A stretch of DNA of 53,573 nt from Deltaproteobacteria bacterium (GCA_016234925.1 JACRNI010000033.1:1-53573), one strand, 5' to 3'; positions 18,474-28,183 are shown, numbered from the stretch's first letter. Notes: a model not told the origin generated them from the letters alone. A program made the numbers and translations.

Positions 18474-19430
18474 ACCCTTTGTGTCTCTTTGTGGCATGAA
18501 TGTTTCAGATTTACCATTATTTTCCTCCCCCCTCTCCCCATAGATTATCATTTCCCTGCCTATGTTATGCCTTGCCATAGTTTTATACATATCCTTTTTA
18601 AAATCATTTAATATCGGCTCATTCAACATAATATCCAGCCTCTTTCTCTTTGCATGGCACTCCCTGCCGAGTTTATCATTCCCAACATAATTGTCGCCCA
18701 TGAGCAAAAACATATCAATTGGAAACATCGCTGCCCTTTCAATAATCTTAAAGCCAGCCTTTTTTAATAAATTTTCAAGGCTATCGTAGTCAAAATAATT
18801 TATATGATGCGGCGGCGCAAGCCAGTATGGTTTGAAACCAAGTTTTTCTCTCAAGACCTTTTGAAAAGGGTTATAGTCATTCGGAACAACAACACAGATA
18901 ATGCCTTTATCATCCAATAGACTGTAAGCCTTTTTGCAAAGGTTTATCGGGTCAGGGATGTGTTCTAAAACCTCTGAAAGATGGATAACATCAAACCTTT
19001 TTTTGCCAAAATCCATCTCATTTAAAAAGACGTTCTCTATATCAAGTCCAAGTGATTTTGCATATTTTGCAGCCTGTTTTGACGGCTCAACTCCGAAACA
19101 TTTCCACCCCCTTTCTTTGCCTCTCTTTAGAAAAAACCCAGACCCGCAGCCTATATCAAGAATGTTTCTTCTGTTTTTCGCAAGGTGTTCTTCAAAAAAA
19201 TCATACCTGTCATCATAGACAGTATTCCACGATTCGATGTCTTCCACAGTGCGCTCAATGTATAAAGGTTTTTCCTCTGTGTAATATTCATCTCTATAAA
19301 CCTTGTCTAATTCCGCCTGTGTTGGAACAGGGTCAATATGCGCAAAACCGCACTGTGTGCAGTTGATGATGCTGTAGTCCTTTACCCTGTCTAATGTTTT
19401 GCCAATGTGTTTCATAAAAATTGGGTTCAT
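18462..19430 (-). CDS. Class I SAM-dependent methyltransferase
   Basis: CTQCG, ILDIGCGSG, EVLEHIPDP, PPHHINYF; upstream ORF extension is REP-derived. Confidence 0.85.
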   Translation of the reverse strand: MNPIFMKHIGKTLDRVKDYSIINCTQCGFAHIDPVPTQAELDKVYRDEYYTEEKPLYIERTVEDIESWNTVYDDRYDFFEEHLAKNRRNILDIGCGSGFFLKRGKERGWKCFGVEPSKQAAKYAKSLGLDIENVFLNEMDFGKKRFDVIHLSEVLEHIPDPINLCKKAYSLLDDKGIICVVVPNDYNPFQKVLREKLGFKPYWLAPPHHINYFDYDSLENLLKKAGFKIIERAAMFPIDMFLLMGDNYVGNDKLGRECHAKRKRLDIMLNEPILNDFKKDMYKTMARHNIGREMIIYGERGEENNGKSETFMPQRDTKGIFR

Positions 19431-19439
19431 GGATCCAAG

Positions 19440-19493
19440 GTAGCCGCAGGCTTTATGCCTGCGATAAAACGCAACCGTAAAGGTTGCGGCTAC
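19440..19493. repeat. REP doublet whose GTAG head supplies the TAG stop of the PseG-like gene
   Basis: gtagccgcaggctttatgcctgcg..cgcaaccgtaaaggttgcggctac; stop at 19490-19492. Confidence 0.8.
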
Positions 19494-20587
19494 CAGACCC
19501 CTTCGACCACTTTTGCTATCCTTTCCGCGCCTTTGCCGCTTATCAAATCCCAACCCTTCTGCCTCATCTTAAGCCACAAGTCTTTATTTTTTATAAAATC
19601 ATTGACTGCGCTGCATATATCCTTTTCAGTTACATCCTTATAATAACCAAGCGGGAGGTTCATTCCCAATTCTTTATATGTATCCATGTCCTTTTTATCC
19701 TCTAAATAATTGGCAACAATTATTGCAGGCACGCCTACTAAAGCCAGTTCATAAAGCGTAGTTCCAAGCGCGGTTATTGCAATATGTGAATCTGCCATAA
19801 TATCTGACAAATCATCTTGACCTCTGAAAAATAAAATCCCCGCATCATTCTCTTTTTCTATCTTATCAAGGACTTCATCTTTGGATGAAGCAGGGCCAAT
19901 AACAACCCTGATTTCAATCGGTTCTTTTATCTTTTTTAATACCGAAACAACCATGCCTGTAAGCCTGTTTGGGTCAGCCCCGCCCATTGTTACAAGTATC
20001 TTAAACGGCAGGGAATGATTCAAAGCCTTTTTTCTTGCATTTATAAATGCCTCATCAATGGGGATGTAATCTCCGCCTGAATAGTTTTTGCCTTTAAACT
20101 TGTCCCCGCAATCTTTAAGCAGGGAACCGTTCCAATCTATATCATCTATAGGAATTAGTGAAGGAAATATATTTACATCTGCCTCAAGCCTTGCATCCGT
20201 TGTATTGTCCATTAGTATCACTTTGCATCCTGCATTTTTTAGTTTCTGTAAAACCTTTGAGACATCCTTCTTTGTGTCAATAAATACGGTTTTGAGTTCC
20301 AAAATAACATCAGGGATATTTTTGAAATCCCCCATGTGCCATTTAAAACCATTCTTCTTAACCCTTTCAATAACAGCGCTGTCATTGTTTATTATAAAAA
20401 CAGGCTCGCAACCCTTTTTTCTCAAAGCCTTTGCAATTACAATGCATCTGCATACATGCCCCATGCCTATGCCAAAACCGCCTTCTGTCCAGATAAAAAT
20501 CCCCCCCCTCACCCTTCCCTCTCCCCTATGGGGAGAGGATTTAGGTGAGGGGCATTTTCTACCAAATACATCCGAAGGTTGCTTCAT
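19490..20587 (-). CDS. PseG/SpsG-like GT-B fold nucleotide-sugar hydrolase/glycosyltransferase
   Basis: GIGMGHVCRC, LVTMGGADP, AITALGTTLYELALVGVP, GAERIA; N-terminus includes a palindrome (20501-20552). Confidence 0.85.
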   Translation of the reverse strand: MKQPSDVFGRKCPSPKSSPHRGEGRVRGGIFIWTEGGFGIGMGHVCRCIVIAKALRKKGCEPVFIINNDSAVIERVKKNGFKWHMGDFKNIPDVILELKTVFIDTKKDVSKVLQKLKNAGCKVILMDNTTDARLEADVNIFPSLIPIDDIDWNGSLLKDCGDKFKGKNYSGGDYIPIDEAFINARKKALNHSLPFKILVTMGGADPNRLTGMVVSVLKKIKEPIEIRVVIGPASSKDEVLDKIEKENDAGILFFRGQDDLSDIMADSHIAITALGTTLYELALVGVPAIIVANYLEDKKDMDTYKELGMNLPLGYYKDVTEKDICSAVNDFIKNKDLWLKMRQKGWDLISGKGAERIAKVVEGVW

Positions 20588-21615
20588 GTTAAATTTACAA
20601 ACCTTCTCTTTTCTGACGACTCTTTAATTGCAAGGGCAAGTTTAAGCGTCCTCTTGCCTTCATCTAAATCTATTAACGGCTGTTTTTTATTTTTAAGGCA
20701 GTCTAAAAAATATTTTGTTTCTTTCACATACATCGCATTGATTTCAAAATTTACCTTTTCCTGAATCCAGTTCTTTTTTTTAACATCATATCTTTCAATA
20801 AGCCCTGTTGAAAAATCGCATCTTATAGTCCCCTTCTCGCCTGCAATAACCATCCTGTGCTGTCCTGCCCTTTGTAGAAAATCAGTGGATGCAGAGACAT
20901 AAAAACCTTTTTTCATCTTGAATATGCCGGCAACTATATCATCCGCATCAATCTCAAGACTGCTTATCTTATCAACAAATGCTGCAACTTCCTTGACATC
21001 GCCAAAAAGCCATCTTATATTGTCAAACCCGTGGATGCTTGTAAGCAAAACCCCGCCCCCGAGTTTTTTATGCGCAGCATATTCCTTTCTGTAATCCATG
21101 TTCGGATGCCAGTCAGGGAGATAATGACCGCCATAATAATTCACATGATATATTTTGCCAATAGCCTTTTTATCCAGCATTGACTTTATTTTCAAAAACA
21201 CAGGATGAAACCTGTAGCACATTGCCATCATTGCAATGAGTTTTTTCTTTTTTGCAATTTTAATAAGTTCATCAACACCATCCATCTTGTGAGATAATGG
21301 CTTTTCTATAAAAAGATTTATGCCTGCCTTTGCGCAATCCATAGCCATTGGCACATGCAAACTGGACGGGGTTGCAATGACAGCAGCAGTTATGTCTTTG
21401 TTTTCTTTTATAGCCTTTTTATAATCAATATAAATATTTTCTATGCTGAATTCTTTTTTTATTTTTTCAAGCCTTTCTGCAGATGTATCACAAAGGATAA
21501 AATCCCTAACACCAAGCGCCAGAAGATTTTTTAAATGCCTCTGCCCAATAGAGCCGCAGCCGATGATGATAAACCTTTTTTTTGAATTTTGCATTTTGAG
21601 TTTTGACTGTTGCAT
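20584..21615 (-). CDS. Gfo/Idh/MocA oxidoreductase
   Basis: IIGCGSIG, IATPSSLH, FIEKP, GGGVLL..IH; N-terminus built from heptamer repeats (SKLKMQNSK). Confidence 0.9.
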   Translation of the reverse strand: MQQSKLKMQNSKKRFIIIGCGSIGQRHLKNLLALGVRDFILCDTSAERLEKIKKEFSIENIYIDYKKAIKENKDITAAVIATPSSLHVPMAMDCAKAGINLFIEKPLSHKMDGVDELIKIAKKKKLIAMMAMCYRFHPVFLKIKSMLDKKAIGKIYHVNYYGGHYLPDWHPNMDYRKEYAAHKKLGGGVLLTSIHGFDNIRWLFGDVKEVAAFVDKISSLEIDADDIVAGIFKMKKGFYVSASTDFLQRAGQHRMVIAGEKGTIRCDFSTGLIERYDVKKKNWIQEKVNFEINAMYVKETKYFLDCLKNKKQPLIDLDEGKRTLKLALAIKESSEKRRFVNLT

Positions 21616-22914
21616 TTAATTTCTCTGCCTGAACACCACACCAACCTTCTCCCCCTCCATAAACGGGTCAACACTGCCTGCATCAATCGCCTTTTTCATA
21701 ATCTTCAATGCCTCATATGATGCGTCAATGGTTTTTTTTATGTCTTCTTCTGAATGGGAATAACTTATGAAAACAGGGCCGCCAAATAGTATCCCCCTCT
21801 TAACAGTCTCCTGCAAAAACAAACTCTTGAATTCAAGGGAATCCCTGCCCTCGCTGTCCTTTGCGGCAATATGCCCTCTTACATACTGTCCGCCTATTTC
21901 AAAGGGAACATTCAAGTCTTTGGCAATCTTATTCACACCTTCATGCAGTTTTCTGCCAATATCCCAGATATGCTTTAAAACAGGCTTTGTCCGCAGTTCA
22001 TTTATAGTCGCCTTTGCAGCAGCAAGCCCCAATGTGTCGCCTGAATATGTCATTGAAAAAAACACCTCTTTTAACTCATTCATATATTCTTTTTTGCCGA
22101 CTACTGCTGATATTGGAATGCCGTTTGCCATACCCTTTCCAAAACACGCCAGATCAGGCGTTACATTATAATATTCCTGCGCGCCGCCTAATGCAAATCT
22201 AAAGCCAGTAACAATCTCATCCATTATAAACAATGCGCCGTTTTTATGGGCAGCATCCTTTATCTGCTGCAAAAAGTTTTTTCCATTAGTAACAGCAGGC
22301 TCTTTGCCCGGCACCTCCATTATTACACAGGCTATTTTATCTGGATATTCGCTGAATAGTTTTTCAAGGCTGGAGATATTGTTGTATTCAAAGGCATGCA
22401 TGAATTCTGCGTAAACCTTTGGTATGCCTTTGTTTCTGGGTGTTGTAACAGCAAACCAGTCCTGACACCCGTGGTAGCCGCAGTATGCAATGTGGTCTCT
22501 GCCTGTTGCCGCCCTTGCAATCTTTACGCTCGCAGATGTTGCATCTGCGCCATTCTTTGCAAACCTGACCATCTCTGCGCAGGGAATCATATCAACAAGG
22601 AGTTCGGCAACCTCTACCTCAAGCGTGTGCATGAGCGTAAATGTCGTGCCTTCTCTGAGTTGCTTAATAACAGCATCAACAACCGGAGGATAATCGTAGC
22701 CAAGCAGGATTGGGCCAAGCGCTAATGGATAATCAATATATTCATTGCCGTCAACATCCCAAACATGAGAGCCTTTGCCTTTTTGCAGATACTTCGGCGT
22801 AACGCCTCTTACAAACTGGTCAGGGCCCTTGCTCAAGGTCTGTGTGCCGCATGGTATAATCTTCTCTGCCCTCTGCCAAAGGTCTTCTGATAATGGAAAT
22901 TTTACCCTCATCAA
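21616..22914 (-). CDS. Class III PLP aminotransferase (GSA-aminomutase-like, glycan-cluster type)
   Basis: WDVDGNEYID, VRFAKNGADA, YHG, DEIVTGFR, PDLACFGKGMANG. Confidence 0.9.
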   Translation of the reverse strand: MMRVKFPLSEDLWQRAEKIIPCGTQTLSKGPDQFVRGVTPKYLQKGKGSHVWDVDGNEYIDYPLALGPILLGYDYPPVVDAVIKQLREGTTFTLMHTLEVEVAELLVDMIPCAEMVRFAKNGADATSASVKIARAATGRDHIAYCGYHGCQDWFAVTTPRNKGIPKVYAEFMHAFEYNNISSLEKLFSEYPDKIACVIMEVPGKEPAVTNGKNFLQQIKDAAHKNGALFIMDEIVTGFRFALGGAQEYYNVTPDLACFGKGMANGIPISAVVGKKEYMNELKEVFFSMTYSGDTLGLAAAKATINELRTKPVLKHIWDIGRKLHEGVNKIAKDLNVPFEIGGQYVRGHIAAKDSEGRDSLEFKSLFLQETVKRGILFGGPVFISYSHSEEDIKKTIDASYEALKIMKKAIDAGSVDPFMEGEKVGVVFRQRN

Positions 22915-23015
22915 GCCTCCTGATAGATGATTACACAGATTTTTTAAAAAAAGCGATTACACAGATTTAAAAAAGTAATCGTGTTGCCTGAATCTGTGTA
23001 ATCATAGTATCTCCT
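22915..23015. repeat. Gene-less GATTACACAGATT element with RBS sequences at both ends
   Basis: Near-identical to 40918-41039 including gcctcctgatag and tcatagtatctcct. Confidence 0.85.
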
Positions 23016-23041
23016 GTTTATCAATCTCCATGTCTGATATT

Positions 23042-23057
23042 TGCAACTATTATGCCA
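23042..23057 (-). promoter_or_regulatory. Sigma54 -24/-12 promoter
   Basis: TGGCAT-AATAG-TTGCA on the minus strand upstream of the glycosylation operon. Confidence 0.75.
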
Positions 23058-23085
23058 CAAAACATTGACATTAAAACTAGAGAAC

Positions 23086-23191
23086 TAACTTATTGATATT
23101 GCTTGATAATTATGAGATTTGCAGGATTTCAAATGGAAAAGATAATTTAAATTTAGAAAAAATTCTAGGTAAAGGCTGTCAAATATATGAC
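23086..23191 (-). promoter_or_regulatory. IHF site and candidate enhancer-binding-protein box
   Basis: TATCAATAAGTTA (23086-23098) fits WATCAANNNNTTR; gtcaaatatatgac (23178-23191) resembles a FleQ/FlrA-type box. Confidence 0.55.
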
Positions 23192-23277
23192 TTCATTAGA
23201 AAAGTTTGGGGCAAAAAATGCTCGCCAGTATAACTATTATACCGAATCTGCATAATTTACAAAACTACCGCCATCGC

Positions 23278-23403
23278 ACGAAAGCAAGAAATGGCTTTAG
23301 ACAAGGCGGACGACGAGGAAAACCGCAGGCATACTTTTATAGTATGTTGAGGATTTTTCGAGGAGTCCAACACAGTATAAAGGCATTTATTGCTTTCGTA
23401 TTA
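23278..23403. mobile_element. ~125-bp MITE-like element
   Basis: acgaaagcaa / ttgctttcgt ends; highly similar inverted copy at 42824-42972. Confidence 0.8.
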
Positions 23404-24168
23404 CATCCCCACAATATTATACCCTGCATCCACATATATAACCTCGCCTGTTACGCCGCTTGACAGGCTGCTTGAAAGATAAAGCGCGGTGTTTGCAACA
23501 TCCTCTGTAGTAATATTTCTTTTTAGAGGCGCCTTGTTTTCAACAGCATGGAGCATGTCTTTAAAACCGCTTATGCCCATTGCAGCAAGGGTCTTTATAG
23601 GCCCTGCTGATATTGCATTTACCCTGATATTTTTCTGCCCCAGGTCTGCTGCAAGATATTTCACGCTCGCCTCAAGCGCAGCCTTTGCAACGCCCATTAC
23701 ATTGTAATTCGGCACAACCTTTTCGCTTCCGTAGTATGTCATTGTTATAATACTCCCGTTGTTTGTCATAAGGGGATACGCCCTCTTTGCAAGCGCAACC
23801 AATGAATATGCGCTTACATCCATTGCAAGTTTAAAGCCTTCTCTTGATGTGTCAACAAACATGCCTTTTAATTCTTCCTTGTTTGCAAATGCAATTGAAT
23901 GGATAAGTATGTCAAGACTTCCCCACTGCTGTTTTATGTTTTCAAACACAGCATCTATCTCGCTGTCATTTGTTACATCGCATGGCAGAATAACCTTTGA
24001 ACTCACTGACTCTGCAAGGGGTCTTACCCTGCTTTCAAGCGCAGCGCCTGCATATGTAAATGCAAGTTCACAGCCTTCTTTATGCAAGGCCTGCGCGATT
24101 GCCCACGCAATGCTCCTTTCATTCGCAACGCCGAATATCACTGCCTTTTTATTATCAAGCATGCCCAT
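23401..24168 (-). CDS. fabI: Enoyl-ACP reductase
   Basis: [45 protein letters not shown]. Confidence 0.97.
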   Translation of the reverse strand: MGMLDNKKAVIFGVANERSIAWAIAQALHKEGCELAFTYAGAALESRVRPLAESVSSKVILPCDVTNDSEIDAVFENIKQQWGSLDILIHSIAFANKEELKGMFVDTSREGFKLAMDVSAYSLVALAKRAYPLMTNNGSIITMTYYGSEKVVPNYNVMGVAKAALEASVKYLAADLGQKNIRVNAISAGPIKTLAAMGISGFKDMLHAVENKAPLKRNITTEDVANTALYLSSSLSSGVTGEVIYVDAGYNIVGM

Positions 24169-24203
24169 TAAAAAAACCTCCGTATTAGAATTTCCAGCAA
24201 TTT

Positions 24204-24357
24204 ATACAGAGCGTCATAACTTTACATACCTGCGTTGCTCCTCGGCTCGTCGCTGCGGCGTATACTGGAAATACGCCTCACTCCTCGCCTTCGTCGCGCC
24301 TTGGTCTGTTTTGTTCTAACGCTCTGTATGCTGTTCTGCTTATAACGCTGTGTATAG
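24204..24357. mobile_element. MITE-like element of the same family
   Basis: atacagagcgt / acgctctgtat inverted ends; reverse-strand core caaggcg..gaggcgta-N-agtatac..caacgcag. Confidence 0.7.
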
Positions 24358-24413
24358 CATTCCCCGCATATTTTTTCAATTGATTTATTGCAAAATTTTG
24401 CTATCATTCTATC

Positions 24414-25409
24414 ATGCCTGAATTAAGACTAAATCTAGTAACAAGGGAATGGGTGGTTATTGCCCGTGAAAGGGCAAAAAAGCCGGAGGATTTTAAAAAG
24501 GCAGGCTATATAAAAAAAGAAATAGAGCCTTTTATTGATACATGCCCTTTCTGCCCGGGAAACGAATCAAAAACCCTTGGCGAGATATTCAGGATTTCTG
24601 CTGGGAAAGACTGGAAGGTCAGGGTTGTGCCGAATAGATTCCCTGTGTTTTCCGCCGCAGGCGAAAGGCTCAGAAAAACAGACGGGCTTAAACGAATGGT
24701 AAGCGGAGTAGGCGCGCATGAGGTTATAATAGAAACCCCGCTTCACAATATGACAACTGCGCTCCTTCCTGTTGAACAAACAACTGACATTATCAGGACA
24801 TACAAAAACCGTTTTATTTCGCTGCATCAGGATCCAAGGATTGAGCATGTTATAATCTTTAAAAATCACGGAGAAGGCGCAGGCGTATCTGTTGAACATC
24901 CGCACTCTCAGGTAATTGCAGTGCCAATAATACCTATTCAATTCAGAGACAGGTTTGAGTCTGCCGCTCATTTTTTCGATGACACGGGCGAGTGCCTTAT
25001 GTGCATGACAATAAGAAAGGAAAAAGAGGAAGGGACAAGGGTTATTCTGGACACCGAACACTTTCTGACATTCATTCCATATGCCGCCTTATCGCCGTTT
25101 CACACATGGATATTTCCAAAAAGGCATTCAGCATCATTCTCTGACATAACAGATTTAGAAATCAAAGACCTTGCCAACACATTAAAAACAATACTTTCAA
25201 AACTTTACTATGGTCTTGACAACCCTGATTTTAATTATGTATTACGCTCTCACAGGCCAAGAGACTGCGATATGGAATATTTTCACTGGTATATAAGCAT
25301 TGTTCCGAGGCTGTCAAAAGAGGCAGGCTTTGAACTGGGCAGCGGCATGTACATCAACCCCAGCATCCCTGAAGAAAATGCAAGATTTTTGAGAGAAGTG
25401 AAGGTTTAG
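24414..25409 (+). CDS. galT: Galactose-1-phosphate uridylyltransferase
   Basis: CPFCPGNE, VPNRFP, HEVIIE, FKNHG..AG.S.EHPHSQ, AGFELGSG. Confidence 0.93.
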   Translation: MPELRLNLVTREWVVIARERAKKPEDFKKAGYIKKEIEPFIDTCPFCPGNESKTLGEIFRISAGKDWKVRVVPNRFPVFSAAGERLRKTDGLKRMVSGVGAHEVIIETPLHNMTTALLPVEQTTDIIRTYKNRFISLHQDPRIEHVIIFKNHGEGAGVSVEHPHSQVIAVPIIPIQFRDRFESAAHFFDDTGECLMCMTIRKEKEEGTRVILDTEHFLTFIPYAALSPFHTWIFPKRHSASFSDITDLEIKDLANTLKTILSKLYYGLDNPDFNYVLRSHRPRDCDMEYFHWYISIVPRLSKEAGFELGSGMYINPSIPEENARFLREVKV

Positions 25410-26626
25410 TCGGTTGTCAAAAAATGCAACTGCATTTTTTTGGGTTTACACTGAAATATTCTCACCAGAAAATCATTGACCAGTTCAATCAGATTTTTCG
25501 TTGATTGTTTTATTTTCAAAACCGCGTCTTTCGCGGAATCGGGCAATTGGCCGAAAGAACCGCCGTAAAGCAATTCGCTGAAACCTTTTATAATCGCCAT
25601 CGGCGCCTTGATTTGATGCGAAGCGAATGAAAGAAATTCCGATTTGAATCTGTTTAATTCATCAAGCTGTTTATTAACGGCTTGAAACATTTTAGCCAAA
25701 ATCATTAATTCCTCGCGCTGTTGGTCTTGTTTTCTGATGCTGTGGACGAGAAAATAACTGAAAATACTGACCAAAACCAAAGTGATTCCCGCCACCGGCC
25801 GCATTGTGGCGGTATCGCTGATAAAAAGAAGCGAAGCAACCAAAAGCCACAAAGCGACAATCAAAACATTCGCGCCAATGAGTTTAATGTTGAAGGTTTT
25901 GAATTTGACAATAGAATAAGCAAGAAAACCGATAAAAATTGACATTCCGAAATAACCATATTGTTCAAGTCGCCAATTTTGAGTGAAACTCTGAGTAATA
26001 TTCCCCCATTCCAATCCTATTAAAAATAGCAATATACCGATTGTAATATATAAAATCTGTTTCCTTAAAGCAGCATCTTTTTTGACTTGTGTATATCTTA
26101 AAATTGATAAAATAATAATCCAAGAAATAAAAATGAATTCTATTATAATACTATAATAAATAATTGAACCTTCTCCCACTGCTCTATCACAATTTGTAAA
26201 ATCAAAAAATTCTAATGTGAATATGGTTGACAGCCTTATTATCATTGGTAATAATAATCCACTAATAACTAATTTCCCAAAAAAACTTAAATCTTTCTTT
26301 TCTATAAATATATATATTAAATAAAAACCAAGTGCGTAAATTATAGGATCTAATAATATAAGTACAGACCAAAAAAACATTGTATAGTACGATTTTTCAG
26401 TTGCCCATAAAATCAAATCAAAAAATAGCCATAATGAAAAAGAGAGAACAATAGAAATCAATATCTTATTGATTAAAAGTTTCCTACTTTTTAAGAAAAT
26501 CAATAAACCCAGCGCTAATGAAACTAAAATAGGTACTAAATGAGAATAATAAACTAAATGGTTAAAAACATTGCCTGAAAATATCAAAAATTTCGCCGTA
26601 TCCCAATTACAAATTGATGTGTCCAT
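25406..26626 (-). pseudogene. Multi-TM sensor histidine kinase truncated after HisKA (no HATPase domain)
   Basis: KSEFLSFASHQIKAPMAIIKG..LVNDFL, then a tail encoded by a repeat (25418-25450) matching 45387-45418. Confidence 0.8.
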
Positions 26627-26629
26627 ATT

Positions 26630-27122
26630 TTATAAATTTTTATGATATTTCTTTAAGTATACTTTTTTAAAGTAAGTTGGTATATACGGCAAATACTTTT
26701 TAAAAGTTTTTATTGGTAAAAACTGGATTGAACTAATTATTTTTCTGCAACCTCTTTGCTCACAACAACATTTCATCTTCCAAAAAACATCATGCTCAGA
26801 AATAGAATAATCAAAGGTTATTTCTTTGTCTTTCCTGATATTTTTTAATGCCACAAAAGTGATATTACCTTTAATACCGGCGTTTGGATTGCAAGAAATG
26901 GTTTATAAAACCAAAAGGGGTTCCGGCTATATCTATCCATACATTCTCGCCTATTCCAATCCAATTCGGCCCCATTTGAGATTCTTCAGCGTTTTTAGCA
27001 TCTGTTGTAAATTTTTTAATCAATCCCTTTGCAGTAAAAATTGTTTCTCCTTTTTTAATATCTTTTTCCGCAAAAATTCCTTTTCCTTGTGTTTTACTTT
27101 TTTTAATATAAATTTTTGCCAT
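26630..27122 (-). pseudogene. SET-domain protein-lysine methyltransferase with post-SET, +1 frameshift
   Basis: GKGIFA..I.KGE; FINH + extra T (26896-26898) + SCNPN; EITFDYS, CCCEQRGCRK. Confidence 0.85.
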
Positions 27123-27125
27123 AAT

Positions 27126-27809
27126 TTATTTAACAATAATCGGAGATATCATTGTTTTTGCTTTCCAATATTCACAATTTCTCGGTGGATTAACTCTTAC
27201 AATTGCTTTTTTAATATTTTTTAATTTAAATCCCGCTTCTTGCAACTTTTTTAAATGGGTTCTGCTGAAATTATTCACTTCATCGGAATAATAAGTAAAA
27301 ATTCCGCCTGATTTTAATTTTCTGTAAGCAAAAGGAAAAAAGATAAAATGAATTTTATCAAATTCTTTTTCAGTTAAAGGAAAAGTGTCAAATAAAATTC
27401 CGTCAATACTCTCATCGGGAATTTTATCTATCACTTCTTCCCAAAATCCCTCTAAAATTTCGGTTTTATATTTTGCTTTCTTTGCGAATTGTCTCGCCTT
27501 TTTAGCCACTTCTTTATTTGCCTCAATAATAATGTGTTTTTTAATGTTATGCCGTTGAATAAATCCCGCTGAAATTCCCATTCCAAAACCCAATTCTAAA
27601 ACAGTCCCGCCTTTTAAAGTGGATATTCTTGCCAACTCTTTCATATACGGAGTTTCCCAATCTTCCATAACCGCTTGATCAAAAATTTTTAATTCGTGGT
27701 CGGAATAATCCGCTTTAGCCGTTTTCCAATCAGACTTTTTATTTATCTTGTCCATTTTCTCTTTCAATCCTCTCTCCCATTTTGTTTTAAGCGCATTTTT
27801 ATTTTTCAT
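27126..27809 (-). CDS. Guanidinoacetate N-methyltransferase (GAMT/RMT2)-like methyltransferase
   Basis: VMEDWETPYM, GGTVLELGFGMGI, HIIIEAN, GFWEEV, DGILFDTFPL, PPRNCEYW..TMISP: colinear with animal GAMT motifs as recalled; start MKNKN at 27809. Confidence 0.85.
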   Translation of the reverse strand: MKNKNALKTKWERGLKEKMDKINKKSDWKTAKADYSDHELKIFDQAVMEDWETPYMKELARISTLKGGTVLELGFGMGISAGFIQRHNIKKHIIIEANKEVAKKARQFAKKAKYKTEILEGFWEEVIDKIPDESIDGILFDTFPLTEKEFDKIHFIFFPFAYRKLKSGGIFTYYSDEVNNFSRTHLKKLQEAGFKLKNIKKAIVRVNPPRNCEYWKAKTMISPIIVK

Positions 27810-27813
27810 AAAT

Positions 27814-28053
27814 TTATTTCTTTTTTTCTTTTGCGTTTTTTGCCACATATTCGTCAAATTCAATGGCTATAACTTTTTTTGCCCCTGCTCGTGCCGCAAA
27901 AAGGGCGAGGATTCCGGAGCCAGTCCCCATATCCAAAACAATATGACTCGGCTTAACCGCCCTTTTTATCGCCACTTCAAAACCCCTTGTCCTTTTTTCA
28001 TCTACAAGACATTCATTCACTAAATCTATTTCACTGAAAGCTTGTTCAGGCAT
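27814..28053 (-). pseudogene. N-terminal fragment of PRMT-like class I methyltransferase
   Basis: LVDEKRTRGFEVAI....IVLDMGTGSGILALFAARAGAKKVIAIE then ends. Confidence 0.8.
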
Positions 28054-28072
28054 AAATGTTTAACCTTATTAT

Positions 28073-28183
28073 TCCCTCTCCCCTTGTGGGAGAGGCGGGT
28101 ACCCATACAAAGTATGGGTGGGGTGAGGGGGATTAAAATAATTTTCACCCTCCCCTTAATCCCCTCCCGTCAAGGGAGGGGAG
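28073..28183. repeat. CCCTCTCCC/GGGAGAGG palindrome doublet with nested mini-element
   Basis: ccctctccccttgtgggagagg[cgggtacccatacaaagtatgggtg]gggtgagggg ... caccctccccttaatcccctcccgtcaagggagggga; relative at 20501-20552. Confidence 0.8.

Noticed and set aside
7793-18540. Integron cassette array (many small TA genes with palindromes)
   Set aside because: No intI gene, and I could not identify consistent attC RYYYAAC/GTTRRRY boundaries; the palindromes are GTAG-type REPs.
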